Shown piece after piece: positions 15,188 to 25,314 of a stretch of DNA of 60,599 nucleotides. The stretch's first letter is position 1; each line of letters opens with the position of its first letter. The notes below the pieces were generated by a model, which saw only the letters and a program-made list of their open reading frames with translations, was not told the DNA's origin and ran no database searches. The DNA is taken from positions 1 to 60,599 of the IMG/VR virus record IMGVR_UViG_3300035138_000104, one strand, 5' to 3'. The stretch is from a virus. Made by a program: the position numbers and the translations under genes.

Positions 15188-15987
15188 TTACCCTTTATTT
15201 GCGTACTTAAGTTATTTGTAACCGGATTACTAGCACTTTGCAATGATGTTGATGTTGAAGATGTTATTGTGCTACTTCCTGCCTGAACCCCTGCAACATC
15301 ATGAGTATGAGCCTTAATTAATGCCAAAAGAATTCCCATTGCTGTTTCAAGGCTTGTACCTAATACATAAGCCTCTGTCCCATCATTAAATGTAATATTT
15401 CCGGATGCATCTATCTTAAATTTACCTGAATTGTTTTCTATCAAGAATTCTCCTGTATCTTTCATTATTACTGAAGCATTATCATTATAAATTTTGGACT
15501 CTTTACTTTTAGTATATAATTCAAAAGGATAATCATTTGTGATAATTCTTACTTTATCACCATCCAAATCTAAAACACTATTTTTCGGATTAATCCCTAC
15601 CAATGCAAAGCCATCTGACAATGAATGTTTTCTAGTAGTATTCGGCTCGGCTAAATTCTCAGAATCCCACCATGTATCTATATCCCTATCATTAAATAAT
15701 ACCAGGCAATAATCATCTTGCTGTATAGGAAAATCAATATAAGCACCTCCGCCCTGTAAAACAAAAACCGGGCAATCAATTAATAACGGATATTCCTTTG
15801 ATTCAGTATCACTTATTTTCCTTTTCATCTGGATCTTAATAGTACAACTCTGGCTGGCTGTATCATAACTATCAATTTTTCCTACCTGGATACAATTTAT
15901 ATTGGAAAATATATCTTTTTTCAAATTTGATAACAATGTACTTAAATTAGGAGGCGACACTGTTTTTTTTATTGTTGTATCACTCAT
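15184..15987 (-). CDS. Baseplate central spike (gpV/gp45-like)
   Basis: 267 aa. The position fits, and the C-terminal AHTHDVAG looks like an HxH metal-binding apex motif. Confidence 0.5.
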   Translation of the reverse strand: MSDTTIKKTVSPPNLSTLLSNLKKDIFSNINCIQVGKIDSYDTASQSCTIKIQMKRKISDTESKEYPLLIDCPVFVLQGGGAYIDFPIQQDDYCLVLFNDRDIDTWWDSENLAEPNTTRKHSLSDGFALVGINPKNSVLDLDGDKVRIITNDYPFELYTKSKESKIYNDNASVIMKDTGEFLIENNSGKFKIDASGNITFNDGTEAYVLGTSLETAMGILLALIKAHTHDVAGVQAGSSTITSSTSTSLQSASNPVTNNLSTQIKGK

Positions 15988-16829
15988 TGTACCACCTGTA
16001 AATTTCTAGCCCCTGCATAAAGGCTAATTTTAGTATTAGACTCCCCACATTCTGCCCCTGAAATATTAATATCATGTTCAAATCCAATTATCTTATACTG
16101 CCCATTATAAATAGTAAATTTACTTTCTAATTGACAATAATAACCTATTTCAGCTTCAGGAAAAAATAAACAATCACAATCAAGAAAAGTATCCCTTCTT
16201 TTTGGTGTAGTTTTCAGTAATTGAGAATCCAAAACTATTACCTCATTTGAAATAACTTCATCATTATCTATTGCATGTATAGTCTCTTTATCAATAAACC
16301 ATTTACCATTAGTTTCCTGATCCATGACTCCCTTAACCGGTCCAAACAAAACCTTCCCTCTTTTATTTTCACCTTCACCCGGTATGCCTATTTTACCTTT
16401 AATCATCTGTGGGAATGCTTTTATTACAGTATTAATCACATTTTCTTGAGGTGTTTCCTTCTGGACAGTTTCCGAAATAAACCCATTTTGAATGGCATAT
16501 TGGCCGTCATATGCTTCAATTTGTGTGTACCATTCTGTGCCTTCTTTATAACTATAAGCTTCATACAAGTTTCCCTGAAATAAAGTTATCATTTTTTCAT
16601 AACCTGCTTTTATGGTCATTTGCCAATATTCAGTAAAAGTATATCTATCTTTATATAATTTTGCTCTATTTAGTTCTGATAAATTTATTAAAGTTAAACT
16701 TGTAGTGTTAGTCGAAGCCAGAGTATTCCTTTTTATATTACACCTCATACTAAAAGGCGGTTTTATTGTGATCAATTCATTCTGAGGAGTTAATATTTGT
16801 ATCTCATAATTTCTCATGAATCTTGCCAA
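15984..16829 (-). CDS. Baseplate hub protein (gpD/gp44/XkdQ position)
   Basis: 281 aa. The call rests on synteny downstream of the tape measure. Confidence 0.45.
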   Translation of the reverse strand: MARFMRNYEIQILTPQNELITIKPPFSMRCNIKRNTLASTNTTSLTLINLSELNRAKLYKDRYTFTEYWQMTIKAGYEKMITLFQGNLYEAYSYKEGTEWYTQIEAYDGQYAIQNGFISETVQKETPQENVINTVIKAFPQMIKGKIGIPGEGENKRGKVLFGPVKGVMDQETNGKWFIDKETIHAIDNDEVISNEVIVLDSQLLKTTPKRRDTFLDCDCLFFPEAEIGYYCQLESKFTIYNGQYKIIGFEHDINISGAECGESNTKISLYAGARNLQVVQ

Positions 16830-16830
16830 T

Positions 16831-17193
16831 TTATTCTCCCAACTCTAAAATTTCTTTTCTATCCTGATAATAACTATCTATCGAATCTTTTTCAGTATCA
16901 TCAAGAATATATATAATTACTCTTTCTGATGAAAAATCACTTATTAGAAATGGCTCAACACCATCTGCAATATAAATAAATAACCCAAAAGGCAAAAGTT
17001 TTTTATATTGATGCAACAAATTTAAACTCTGGCAAACTCTCATTCCTTTTACAATAAAATCATTAAAAGTAATATCAATGAACCACATTTGTATTGCCGG
17101 CCTATAGATTAACCGAAATTCAATTATGCCATCATTAATTGGAGTTCTCCATTTTTGAGAAGCAATTTTTTGTAATCCACTAATCTTTTTCAT
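16831..17193 (-). CDS. Tail/baseplate assembly protein (120 aa)
   Basis: Lies in the structural gene train between the tape measure and the hub. Confidence 0.4.
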   Translation of the reverse strand: MKKISGLQKIASQKWRTPINDGIIEFRLIYRPAIQMWFIDITFNDFIVKGMRVCQSLNLLHQYKKLLPFGLFIYIADGVEPFLISDFSSERVIIYILDDTEKDSIDSYYQDRKEILELGE

Positions 17194-18005
17194 AAATTTG
17201 TTCCTGTAACGCCTTCATAAAGATTTATTAATAAATCATCATCATCATCTGTGCCTTTAATTGTTCCATTATCAGATTCCTTTGTATCCTGTTGCTGATT
17301 TCTTGATGGCAATAAATCTTCATCAAAACTTACAACTGAAATTTCAGCAAATCTGGCTTCTTTCAAAGTTATAGAAATATCACAATAAGAATTAGAATCC
17401 TCACCCTGAACAAATGTAATTTCCTGGATAAGCATATTCTCAAAATATGCAAAAGGCGTTTGCACTTTTAACAAACTTCTATTGTCTTTCAATGCTTTTA
17501 ATTCATTATATGCCACTTGCTGTAAAGTCTTTGATTGTCCATCCCCTGAAAATGACTTCACAATATTAGTAGTCTTTTGAACTATCTGTTTAACAAAATT
17601 ATTATTTTTCTGTATCTCTCCTAATAAGTTCTGTTGTTTTTGTAATTCCTGTGGTGAATAATCTCCTAAATAAGCATCAACGACTGATAAAGAACCTGAA
17701 AAAAAGTTTAGATCTGCTCCAAATCCTGTAGGTTTTTTCCATACTAATTCACCTACAAAACCACTTAAAGTAATTTCAATAGGTCTATCAACAATATGAT
17801 CATTAACAAAAGAATTATTTTCCATATAATGATCTGTAATATCACTTGATAATCTTACCTGTTCGCTTTTAGGTATATCAAAAACCCATCCATTTATTCC
17901 CTCAGCGTGTTTAGGTGATACAATTGCAGCAACCTTGCTATTAAGGTATGATCCTGCATTAAGTGACATTTGAACTCTTTCAGGTGTTATCAATCCAAGA
18001 CTCAA
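17190..18005 (-). CDS. Tail protein (DNA-circulation / XkdP position)
   Basis: 271 aa, immediately after the tape measure gene. Confidence 0.4.
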   Translation of the reverse strand: MSLGLITPERVQMSLNAGSYLNSKVAAIVSPKHAEGINGWVFDIPKSEQVRLSSDITDHYMENNSFVNDHIVDRPIEITLSGFVGELVWKKPTGFGADLNFFSGSLSVVDAYLGDYSPQELQKQQNLLGEIQKNNNFVKQIVQKTTNIVKSFSGDGQSKTLQQVAYNELKALKDNRSLLKVQTPFAYFENMLIQEITFVQGEDSNSYCDISITLKEARFAEISVVSFDEDLLPSRNQQQDTKESDNGTIKGTDDDDDLLINLYEGVTGTNL

Positions 18006-19415
18006 TTATTCACCTCCTAATTCATCATCTGCCTGATTAATAGCTTTTTGTTGTTTTTCTGTTATTTTCTTGGCTAATTTTTCTTCATCCATTTTCTCAT
18101 TAGTATATACATCAACTCTTGTATTATAATTATTTTCTATATTTCCTTTCTGCTTTTTTTCTATTAATAAATTTCCTAATCCTTCAATACCCTGTAAACT
18201 AAGCATAAAAGGATTCTTTTTCATCCATTTTATATAATTTTCAAATATTTCTTTAGGGTCACTTCCAAAAAAATCTTTTAATCCTTCCTTCATAGATTTA
18301 AAAGCACCTTTAAAATCATGTTTTGTTAATTTAATAATAGCATCAATCGCATCCCTTATAAGCTCAAATAAAGTTTTAAGGTCATTAAATCCCTCATATA
18401 TGCCACTGGTAAATTTTTTCATTAATTTTTCTAATTCAGGAAATTGTTTTAACATAATTCCAAATAAAGATTTTTTCCCTTGGGAAAATCTATATAAGTC
18501 CTCAATAACCGCTATAAGTAAAATAACTCCTGCAACTATTGTCATAAGAGGCAAATTCATCAAAGTAAAAACACCTAATAATATTAACATTGCATTTTTC
18601 CATCCAATAGTAGATCTCACAATCTTATCAATTGCTTCCGCAGTTCTTATTATTGCTCTTATAATTCTTGTCACCCAATCAAATAGTTTTTTTATACCTT
18701 CAATTAATCCCTGTTTATTTTGCCGTATCCATATCATTATCTGTTTATTAATCTTGATTATACTTGGTGCTAAATTAGCAGCAATCATGCCTTTAAGATA
18801 ATTAATCGCACTTCCCAATTGTTTTGACGAAGCTCTGGCTTTATCAATCATATCAACTGCACCTTTTGGAATAATAAACGCCCCTTTTGCAAGGGCATCG
18901 AATTTTGTTTTGGATAACTCTAATACCTGGATTAAATCTTTACTTACACCCATTTGCTCAAGGACATTTTTTTTCATCCCTTGAGATAAACCTTTTGTTT
19001 TCTCTCTTAACTGTTCTAAAATATCAAAAGCATTTTGTCTTGGATCTATCCCTAATAATTGATAACCTGAAATATTGCCTTGACCAAGTTTAAGTTTTTC
19101 CTGATTGCTTACAATGGCCTTTATAGACTCTGCGACTGCTTTACCTGAATTATTAGTTTCGTCCGCTACACTTTGCCATCTTTGAAGTTTTTCAATAGAT
19201 AACCCAGTCTCAGTATTAAATTGCTTTAAAGCAAATGAGGTTTGAATAGCACTATCCATAAGTTTTTTAATACCATAAGAAAAAGCTGCCACTCCGATAG
19301 AAGCGACACCTAAACCTATTTTAATGCCTTTTAATTGGTCGAGAAAAGATTGAGCTTTTTTTGAACTACCACCAGTATCTAAGCCTATTCTGGCAAATAA
19401 TGTCGCTATATTCAC
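18006..19415 (-). CDS. Tape measure protein
   Basis: 469 aa with a GTG start. It follows the chaperone frameshift pair. It is helical, with a central hydrophobic block (LILLGVFTLMNLPLMTIVAGVILLIAVI). Confidence 0.7.
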   Translation of the reverse strand: MNIATLFARIGLDTGGSSKKAQSFLDQLKGIKIGLGVASIGVAAFSYGIKKLMDSAIQTSFALKQFNTETGLSIEKLQRWQSVADETNNSGKAVAESIKAIVSNQEKLKLGQGNISGYQLLGIDPRQNAFDILEQLREKTKGLSQGMKKNVLEQMGVSKDLIQVLELSKTKFDALAKGAFIIPKGAVDMIDKARASSKQLGSAINYLKGMIAANLAPSIIKINKQIMIWIRQNKQGLIEGIKKLFDWVTRIIRAIIRTAEAIDKIVRSTIGWKNAMLILLGVFTLMNLPLMTIVAGVILLIAVIEDLYRFSQGKKSLFGIMLKQFPELEKLMKKFTSGIYEGFNDLKTLFELIRDAIDAIIKLTKHDFKGAFKSMKEGLKDFFGSDPKEIFENYIKWMKKNPFMLSLQGIEGLGNLLIEKKQKGNIENNYNTRVDVYTNEKMDEEKLAKKITEKQQKAINQADDELGGE

Positions 19416-19663
19416 TTTGTTTTCCTGTTTATTTCTATATAAACGTCCTCATAATCGATTAAGAACTTATTATATTCAAGTGCTGCTAATACATAGTCAA
19501 CACGTCCTTTCAGGACTTTTTCGGGATTGCCTTCATAAAAGCCGGTTTTTGATACCCTTAAAGCAACTACCATTCTATCGCTGGCATTTATTTCGACTTT
19601 AGGAAGTTTTCTATCTTCTCCCCGATTCCCGTGAACGAGGAAAAGACTTTTGCGAAAAAAGGG
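19412..19663 (-). CDS. -1 frame extension of the tail assembly chaperone (gpGT-type product)
   Basis: The -1 frame stays open from the slippery run at 19663-19654 to the TGA at 19414-19412. That TGA overlaps the tape measure GTG. Confidence 0.55.
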   Translation of the reverse strand, partial: PFFRKSLFLVHGNRGEDRKLPKVEINASDRMVVALRVSKTGFYEGNPEKVLKGRVDYVLAALEYNKFLIDYEDVYIEINRKTK

Positions 19664-20010
19664 ATAAGATTAACCCTTAAGACTTCAAACATAATAGGAT
19701 AATAATATTGTCTATTATTAACATCATCAAAAAAATCTCTATTAATTTTATCCGTTCCCAAAACTGCCCTTTCTGCACATATAAAAAGACAATTTCTTAT
19801 AGCCTTTGAACTATCAATTGACAAAATTGCATTCAAAACTCCTGCCAAATCTTCACTTGCCAGTTCTTTTTTAAACACATCCCCTTCCAATAATTCTCCG
19901 GATAGGCTTATTTTACCCTCTCTTACCGCTATCTCAATGGCATCTTTCAAATCCATAGCCTCGTCAAAAGATGCCGGAGTTATTTTTAACTCTTTACCTG
20001 CAATATTCAT
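19588..20010 (-). CDS. Tail assembly chaperone (gpG position)
   Basis: 140 aa, between the tube and tape measure genes. Confidence 0.65.
   Translation of the reverse strand: MNIAGKELKITPASFDEAMDLKDAIEIAVREGKISLSGELLEGDVFKKELASEDLAGVLNAILSIDSSKAIRNCLFICAERAVLGTDKINRDFFDDVNNRQYYYPIMFEVLRVNLIPFFAKVFSSFTGIGEKIENFLKSK
19654..19663 (-). promoter_or_regulatory. Candidate -1 programmed frameshift slippery run
   Basis: RNA sense C CCU UUU UUC. It contains both C_CCU_UUU and U_UUU_UUC heptamers in the zero frame of 19588..20010. Confidence 0.5.
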
Positions 20011-20031
20011 TTTTATTCTCCTCTAAAATAA

Positions 20032-20484
20032 TTATGATTCTATTCTGTCAGTATTAGCAAATAATATTGTCCACACGCATATCGCCTGATCTATATTTCC
20101 TTCTACATTTTCAGTTACAACTGGATATTTTTGAATTATTCCACCATTAAATTTATAAATATCTTTGGTGACGTTCCCTTTCCCATCACCGACATTTTTA
20201 ATGAATTCAGATTCCATTAGGACAAAAGATGCTGGATCTTGTTTATACAAAATAAGTTTTGAATTAAAAAACTTATCATCAGGCGATCCCCTTAAGACTC
20301 TTACAGTAGCAACTGCCTGACTTCCAGTTGAATTATATGCATAAAGCACATTGCCATTTTTACCGACTTTTCCTTCTACCAGATTATTAGGAAAGTCAAT
20401 GCTTACAACATCACCATCCCCTAAATCTTTTAAAACTCTATCATCAATTATGCTGGTATCTTTACCAGTTAAAACAACACTCAT
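20032..20484 (-). CDS. Tail tube protein
   Basis: 150 aa, directly downstream of the sheath gene. Confidence 0.65.
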   Translation of the reverse strand: MSVVLTGKDTSIIDDRVLKDLGDGDVVSIDFPNNLVEGKVGKNGNVLYAYNSTGSQAVATVRVLRGSPDDKFFNSKLILYKQDPASFVLMESEFIKNVGDGKGNVTKDIYKFNGGIIQKYPVVTENVEGNIDQAICVWTILFANTDRIES

Positions 20485-20496
20485 TTAATTACCTCC

Positions 20497-21987
20497 TTAC
20501 GCTTCAATTAGTACTATAACATCTGAAGAATGAATAGCACCGCTTGATTTCGCTGCTATTTGAACTACAGGGGCCACCCTGGCTTCTCTTACAGTTTGGC
20601 TCTGTAATGCTACTGGACTTGAATATATAAAATATCCATAATCTGAAATATTTCTTATATGGTCCTCAGGATCTCCAAAAGTTGTAGAACTATTCCATGT
20701 ACCAGGTGCGAAAGCACCATTAGTTACAAATAATCCCATAACCTTTCGATAAGCCCCCTTCAGTCCGTCCATACCTTCTTCAGTTTGTGGTATTTTAGTA
20801 TTAGTCTGTGCAAGATAATTAAACCCTGCCACCTGTAATCTTAATCTTAATGCAAGCTGAATATAAATAGCGTCAAAATAACCATTCTGCCCGGATGTAA
20901 AAACCTTAGCAATTCCAAAATCAGCTAATACATCAACACCGTTATTCTTTGCAGAATCAAGATAAGTCTGTCCTGTACTTCCTGCAAATATAGGATCAGC
21001 ATCTAACCCTGTGATATCTTTAAGATGCATGGTATGAACTGAATTCGATGCATCAAAGTTTATGCTTAATCCTCTTGATGCATAAGCAGCTGCAAAATCT
21101 AGCGCATCATTTTCAGAGTTACTATAAAATAAACATCTGGTATGAGTATAACCTGAACCCATAAGAGTAGAAAAAATCCCTGTAATATCCGCAGTCAAAT
21201 TAGATCCTACAAAAAGCATTTTGTCATAACATTGTATTAATGCTGCCAATTCTGTTAAATTATCATCTGTCTGTTTTTCATTAAGGATAATTCCAAAATA
21301 TTCTAAAAAATTTACAGTTCTTAAAACTGCATCTTTTACCCTTTCAACACCTGCATCCGAACCTGTCGCACTTCCTGATATAAATACCAGTGGACTTAAT
21401 TCTGTTCCATCATATGTACTTACACCTGAATCAATCGCAATACTTTTACTTGCTCCTGTTGCAATAGTTTTTAATGTGACAACTGCTGAAGATATATCAC
21501 CACTTACGGTAAAAACCAATCCTGCTGCTGTAACTGCCGTACTATTAAGGCTCGTTAAAATAGTTGTCATATCAGTAGTATCAATTTCACCAATATCAAG
21601 ACTAGTAACTGCCCCTCCATCAACTGCTACTTTAATATAATAATCATCCGCAGTTAAAGAAGTAAAATTAACAACACTTGTACCAACAATAGTTGCTGGT
21701 TGAGCTGCCGCTGTTTGATTTCTAGGTATGATTACAAGGAAACCACTACCTGTAAGAATATTAGGTACTTGCTGAAATACCTTTACTGCCAGCCTATAAG
21801 TCTCTGAAGTACTCCCAAAATCACTTGCTACACCTGTAGGATCAAGATATATCCCATAATCCCCATATGTAGCAGATAAAGGCTCTTCGTCTGTAAATAA
21901 TGCCAAAGCGGATGTATTAGCATTTGCAAGACCTCTTAAGGCTGCTAAAATAAAAACTCTAATTACATTTGCAATACTTAAACTCAT
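20497..21987 (-). CDS. Contractile tail sheath protein
   Basis: 496 aa, at the head of a sheath-tube-chaperone-tape measure series. GGAGGUAAUUAA precedes the downstream tube gene. Confidence 0.7.
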   Translation of the reverse strand: MSLSIANVIRVFILAALRGLANANTSALALFTDEEPLSATYGDYGIYLDPTGVASDFGSTSETYRLAVKVFQQVPNILTGSGFLVIIPRNQTAAAQPATIVGTSVVNFTSLTADDYYIKVAVDGGAVTSLDIGEIDTTDMTTILTSLNSTAVTAAGLVFTVSGDISSAVVTLKTIATGASKSIAIDSGVSTYDGTELSPLVFISGSATGSDAGVERVKDAVLRTVNFLEYFGIILNEKQTDDNLTELAALIQCYDKMLFVGSNLTADITGIFSTLMGSGYTHTRCLFYSNSENDALDFAAAYASRGLSINFDASNSVHTMHLKDITGLDADPIFAGSTGQTYLDSAKNNGVDVLADFGIAKVFTSGQNGYFDAIYIQLALRLRLQVAGFNYLAQTNTKIPQTEEGMDGLKGAYRKVMGLFVTNGAFAPGTWNSSTTFGDPEDHIRNISDYGYFIYSSPVALQSQTVREARVAPVVQIAAKSSGAIHSSDVIVLIEA

Positions 21988-22469
21988 TGTTCTATAACCT
22001 CCTGCCGTCTGAATTTATCGTAATAATCTATACTTGTCTGTTTTTCACGTATGCTCGAAACAACACAAGAAATTCTAAATCTATTTAAACCTGAACTCGC
22101 CTCAACCAAGCTTAAATCCAGGATATCAGTCATTCTAAATATCTTCATTTGATATAATTCCTGTTGTTGAATTGAATAAGTTGAAGTTAAAGCCATTACA
22201 ACTTCTTCTTTCCTTTCAACCGCCTCTCTATTTTTAGATGTTATATTTATATCAACAGTAGTATGAGTAACAACTCTCTTTATTTCAACATCGTTTTCAT
22301 AATCAAACTTATTTGTACTTGCCACTATTTTTGGACTTCTTATTCTAACAGTAATATAATAACTTCTATCTGAAGGTGGTGTCCAGTTTTGATTGCCAAC
22401 CACCATACGACCATTTGGAGTACCCATTTCATGCTGTATCACATTACAAACTAATTTATCTACTTCCAT
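21984..22469 (-). CDS. Tail completion / neck protein (161 aa)
   Basis: Lies between the connector genes and the sheath. The call rests on synteny only. Confidence 0.4.
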   Translation of the reverse strand: MEVDKLVCNVIQHEMGTPNGRMVVGNQNWTPPSDRSYYITVRIRSPKIVASTNKFDYENDVEIKRVVTHTTVDINITSKNREAVERKEEVVMALTSTYSIQQQELYQMKIFRMTDILDLSLVEASSGLNRFRISCVVSSIREKQTSIDYYDKFRRQEVIEQ

Positions 22470-22478
22470 ATAACCTCT

Positions 22479-22826
22479 TTAAGCAGTTGAAGGCATAAAA
22501 GCCTCAACGCATTCATAATGATAAAAACCTGATACTTTCCAATCATGTATAGCCATAGCCTGAAAATTTTTATCATCAATAACAATCCAATCTTTTATTT
22601 TTAATTTCAAGGAACTGTCAACCCATATATCCCACCATATCCATTGCCTATCTTCTTCTGGTTTTTTATCAACTCTCTGAGGCGGAGTCGGTTGATAATT
22701 TACTCTGGCTGTCACCGGATCATTAGCAGTCAAAACAGTTTCAAAATCAACAGTAGTTTCCGAATAAGAAATAACTGTTTTTCTTTTTGTCCATCCTTTT
22801 AAAGCACCTCTCATATTGGGAAACAT
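22479..22826 (-). CDS. Head-tail joining protein (115 aa)
   Basis: Connector-region position only. Confidence 0.4.
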   Translation of the reverse strand: MFPNMRGALKGWTKRKTVISYSETTVDFETVLTANDPVTARVNYQPTPPQRVDKKPEEDRQWIWWDIWVDSSLKLKIKDWIVIDDKNFQAMAIHDWKVSGFYHYECVEAFMPSTA

Positions 22827-22828
22827 TA

Positions 22829-23269
22829 TTAATCCTTAAATTTTTTTACTCTTGCTCTTATTATTTGATCTTCCATAACATCTAAATCTTCAATACCTTT
22901 CATATATCTTCTTGTATCACCTTTTATTACTGGCCTTTTTAAAAAATCCTTTTTCTTATAATCTCCTTCGGGATATAGTCTGTCTAAATAATCAATAGCC
23001 TGCTTTCTTTGCCTTCTTACTATATCTAACCTTTTGCTTAATTCTTTATCTGGCAATTTGTCAAAATAAGCCTGACTACTTTTCTGTTGCTCAGGTGTCA
23101 TTTTAGTTAAATCTTTAGGGTATAAAGGATATTGTTCTTCTTTTTCCTTACTTTTTCCACGTTTCACAGTTACCCATTCCCCACCTTCTTTTTTGTATTG
23201 CTGGCCTCCCCACGTTCTCATAGTCCCTTCGGGCAATGCCTTCGCATTATATTTCCATAGTTTACTCAA
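22829..23269 (-). CDS. Hypothetical virion-module protein sharing an N-terminal motif with 41109..41873
   Basis: 146 aa. GTMRTWGGQQYKKEGGEWVTVKRGKSKEKEE aligns with GEVHTWADGSQHKKTSEGWVAVTRGKGKEKIE of the other protein. Confidence 0.6.
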   Translation of the reverse strand: MSKLWKYNAKALPEGTMRTWGGQQYKKEGGEWVTVKRGKSKEKEEQYPLYPKDLTKMTPEQQKSSQAYFDKLPDKELSKRLDIVRRQRKQAIDYLDRLYPEGDYKKKDFLKRPVIKGDTRRYMKGIEDLDVMEDQIIRARVKKFKD

Positions 23270-23820
23270 TATTTTCCTCCTACTTTTGAAGTTATTGTTC
23301 GCCTTAAATCACCCTGATCTTTAAGTATCCCTTCACCTTCTTTATTAGCAATTGTTACAGGATGTAAAGGTTGCCAGTTTCCAAAACCTGCGGTATCAAA
23401 AGCCTCTTGAATAACCCCTTCACATGCAATCCCTACTTCCTGCAGAAACTTAACTGCCGTTTTTTCATTAACAAGCAAAGGAAATCTAGCCTCTAACTGT
23501 TTAGTAATCTTTTTCTCATTCACCTCAATAGGCATCAAAATAAAACTTCTTTGTGGTATATGCACATATTTTGTTTTTGGGTTTAAATTTATTCCTATAT
23601 AATGCAAAAATGATCTCATTTTTGGAGTTACTTCTATATCCGCACCAAACTCATGAACTGCCCCTATAGATGCAATGGATATATCTTTACTTTTACCCTC
23701 TGTTGTTTTTTCTCCTTTTTCATCACCTAAAATGCCTACATCACAAAAAAGTTTACTATTTAAACATTTAATCAGATTTTCTAATTTTGTAAAATCAGCT
23801 TTAACATTAACATTTTTCAT
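23266..23820 (-). CDS. HK97 gp10-like head-tail connector/tail completion protein
   Basis: 184 aa. The AVHEFG motif is typical of the HK97 gp10 family, and the position in the connector block fits. Confidence 0.5.
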   Translation of the reverse strand: MKNVNVKADFTKLENLIKCLNSKLFCDVGILGDEKGEKTTEGKSKDISIASIGAVHEFGADIEVTPKMRSFLHYIGINLNPKTKYVHIPQRSFILMPIEVNEKKITKQLEARFPLLVNEKTAVKFLQEVGIACEGVIQEAFDTAGFGNWQPLHPVTIANKEGEGILKDQGDLRRTITSKVGGKY

Positions 23821-24245
23821 GGAGTAGTTTTCCCCTCAACTGCATAAGCAGCGCCTATACAATATGGTTTAATCATTTGAAGATATTTTAATCCAAAGGA
23901 AGTAGTAGCATATATAGACAATTCCGAGTTGCTCACCCAATCTGGAATTTGTAGGCTTTCACTCATTCCACCAACAGATCTACTACTTTGAATAAAATTC
24001 GCCTGTGGTCCCATTCCCTGTTCATCATAATTAAGTTGACAAAAATGTGCGGACAGATAATAAAATGCTATTTCTGAAGGATTAATGCCATTTTCATCTG
24101 TAGGAAGTAAGTCTTGATTAAAAACTGTAAGTGCGTCATTTATGGCATTTTGAACATCTGTATCTGATACCTGGTCAGTTTCATTGCCAAATATGAAGTT
24201 TTTTGTAAATCTGGTTTTGAATTCTTCAACAGTTATGGTAGTCAC
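23817..24245 (-). CDS. Head-tail adaptor protein (142 aa)
   Basis: First gene after the capsid terminator. The call rests on position only. Confidence 0.4.
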   Translation of the reverse strand: MTTITVEEFKTRFTKNFIFGNETDQVSDTDVQNAINDALTVFNQDLLPTDENGINPSEIAFYYLSAHFCQLNYDEQGMGPQANFIQSSRSVGGMSESLQIPDWVSNSELSIYATTSFGLKYLQMIKPYCIGAAYAVEGKTTP

Positions 24246-24262
24246 TTAATATCTCCTTATTT

Positions 24263-24289
24263 CAAAAAGAGGGGATTTTGTCCCCTCTT
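24263..24289 (-). terminator. Rho-independent terminator after the major capsid gene
   Basis: Minus strand AGAGGGGA-CAAAA-UCCCCUCU followed by UUUUU (8-bp G/C-rich stem 24268-24275 with 24281-24288). Confidence 0.75.
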
Positions 24290-24310
24290 GTATAAAAATA
24301 TTTATCTCAT

Positions 24311-25303
24311 TTAATACGAGAAATATAATACTTCTGGCTTTCTACTAATAAGAACACCTGAATATTGTCCATAAGCAGCCTGAGACCACTGAAGTTCATT
24401 CATAGTTTGAGGTCTAAGCATAGTCAAATCAACTGGAATTGACATACTTAAAGTATCAGGATCATTTCTATAAAGAATATATCTCTGTTTGTTTATACCT
24501 CTTGCTGTATTTCTAGCAGCCTCACAATATGCTAAAGGCAATATTTTAAAGTTCTCATTTCTGGTAGCTTTCTTAAAAGCATTAAGTAAATACTCTATTT
24601 GAGAAATATTAGGATAAGTTGAACTTACAGGAACAACAAGACCTAAATAATCACTTGTTGGCATTACAAAAGTGTCTGGAACTGCGGTTTCATTACAATT
24701 AGTATTATAAGCTGCCAGTATTCCACCAACAAAAGTTGCAAATTCTGAAGCACTCATTGTATTAATCGCCTTTGTGATTAAAGTAGTATTATCAGTAATT
24801 TCACTATCATTAAGTAATCCTGTCATTGTACTTATAATCGGATGTCCTAAAAAGCAGACTTCCTGAATACCAATATCCCAAACTTCTTTAAGCGATTTAA
24901 GTTTTGATTCAACTACATCCCATTTATTAAGCATTGCTGCCTGTTTAATTTCAAGAATTGTCCAGTTTGTAGATTTAGCCCAAAATTGCGTTGGCATTCT
25001 TAATGGACTTAAAGCTGTGTCAACATTAGAGATTTTTGTGTTAGCATTTGCATTATTAATATCACCCTGAAAAAATCCACCATCTGTGGTGAAAGTTAAA
25101 TTCTGAACGATCTCGTCTGCATATGCAGCATCCCCAACATCAACTGGAACATAATCCGCAGGGGCAATCTTATAAAATTTTTGCTCAAGAACCTTATCTC
25201 TAAGATAAGTCAGAGTATCAATTATAATTTTGAAACCAGTGCTATTAGGATCTACTGCACCGTTCGCATTATAAAGTATGCTGTCTAAAATAGTTTTACT
25301 CAT
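24311..25303 (-). CDS. Major capsid protein
   Basis: 330 aa. It follows the scaffold-like and decoration-like genes and is followed by a strong terminator. GGAGGUAAGAU lies upstream. Confidence 0.7.
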   Translation of the reverse strand: MSKTILDSILYNANGAVDPNSTGFKIIIDTLTYLRDKVLEQKFYKIAPADYVPVDVGDAAYADEIVQNLTFTTDGGFFQGDINNANANTKISNVDTALSPLRMPTQFWAKSTNWTILEIKQAAMLNKWDVVESKLKSLKEVWDIGIQEVCFLGHPIISTMTGLLNDSEITDNTTLITKAINTMSASEFATFVGGILAAYNTNCNETAVPDTFVMPTSDYLGLVVPVSSTYPNISQIEYLLNAFKKATRNENFKILPLAYCEAARNTARGINKQRYILYRNDPDTLSMSIPVDLTMLRPQTMNELQWSQAAYGQYSGVLISRKPEVLYFSY

Positions 25304-25314
25304 ATCTTACCTCC

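Noticed and set aside
24263-24289. Capsid-gene terminator as another flank-loop element
   Set aside because: It is a simple 8-bp G/C-rich stem with a 5-nt loop and a U run, which is an ordinary intrinsic terminator.
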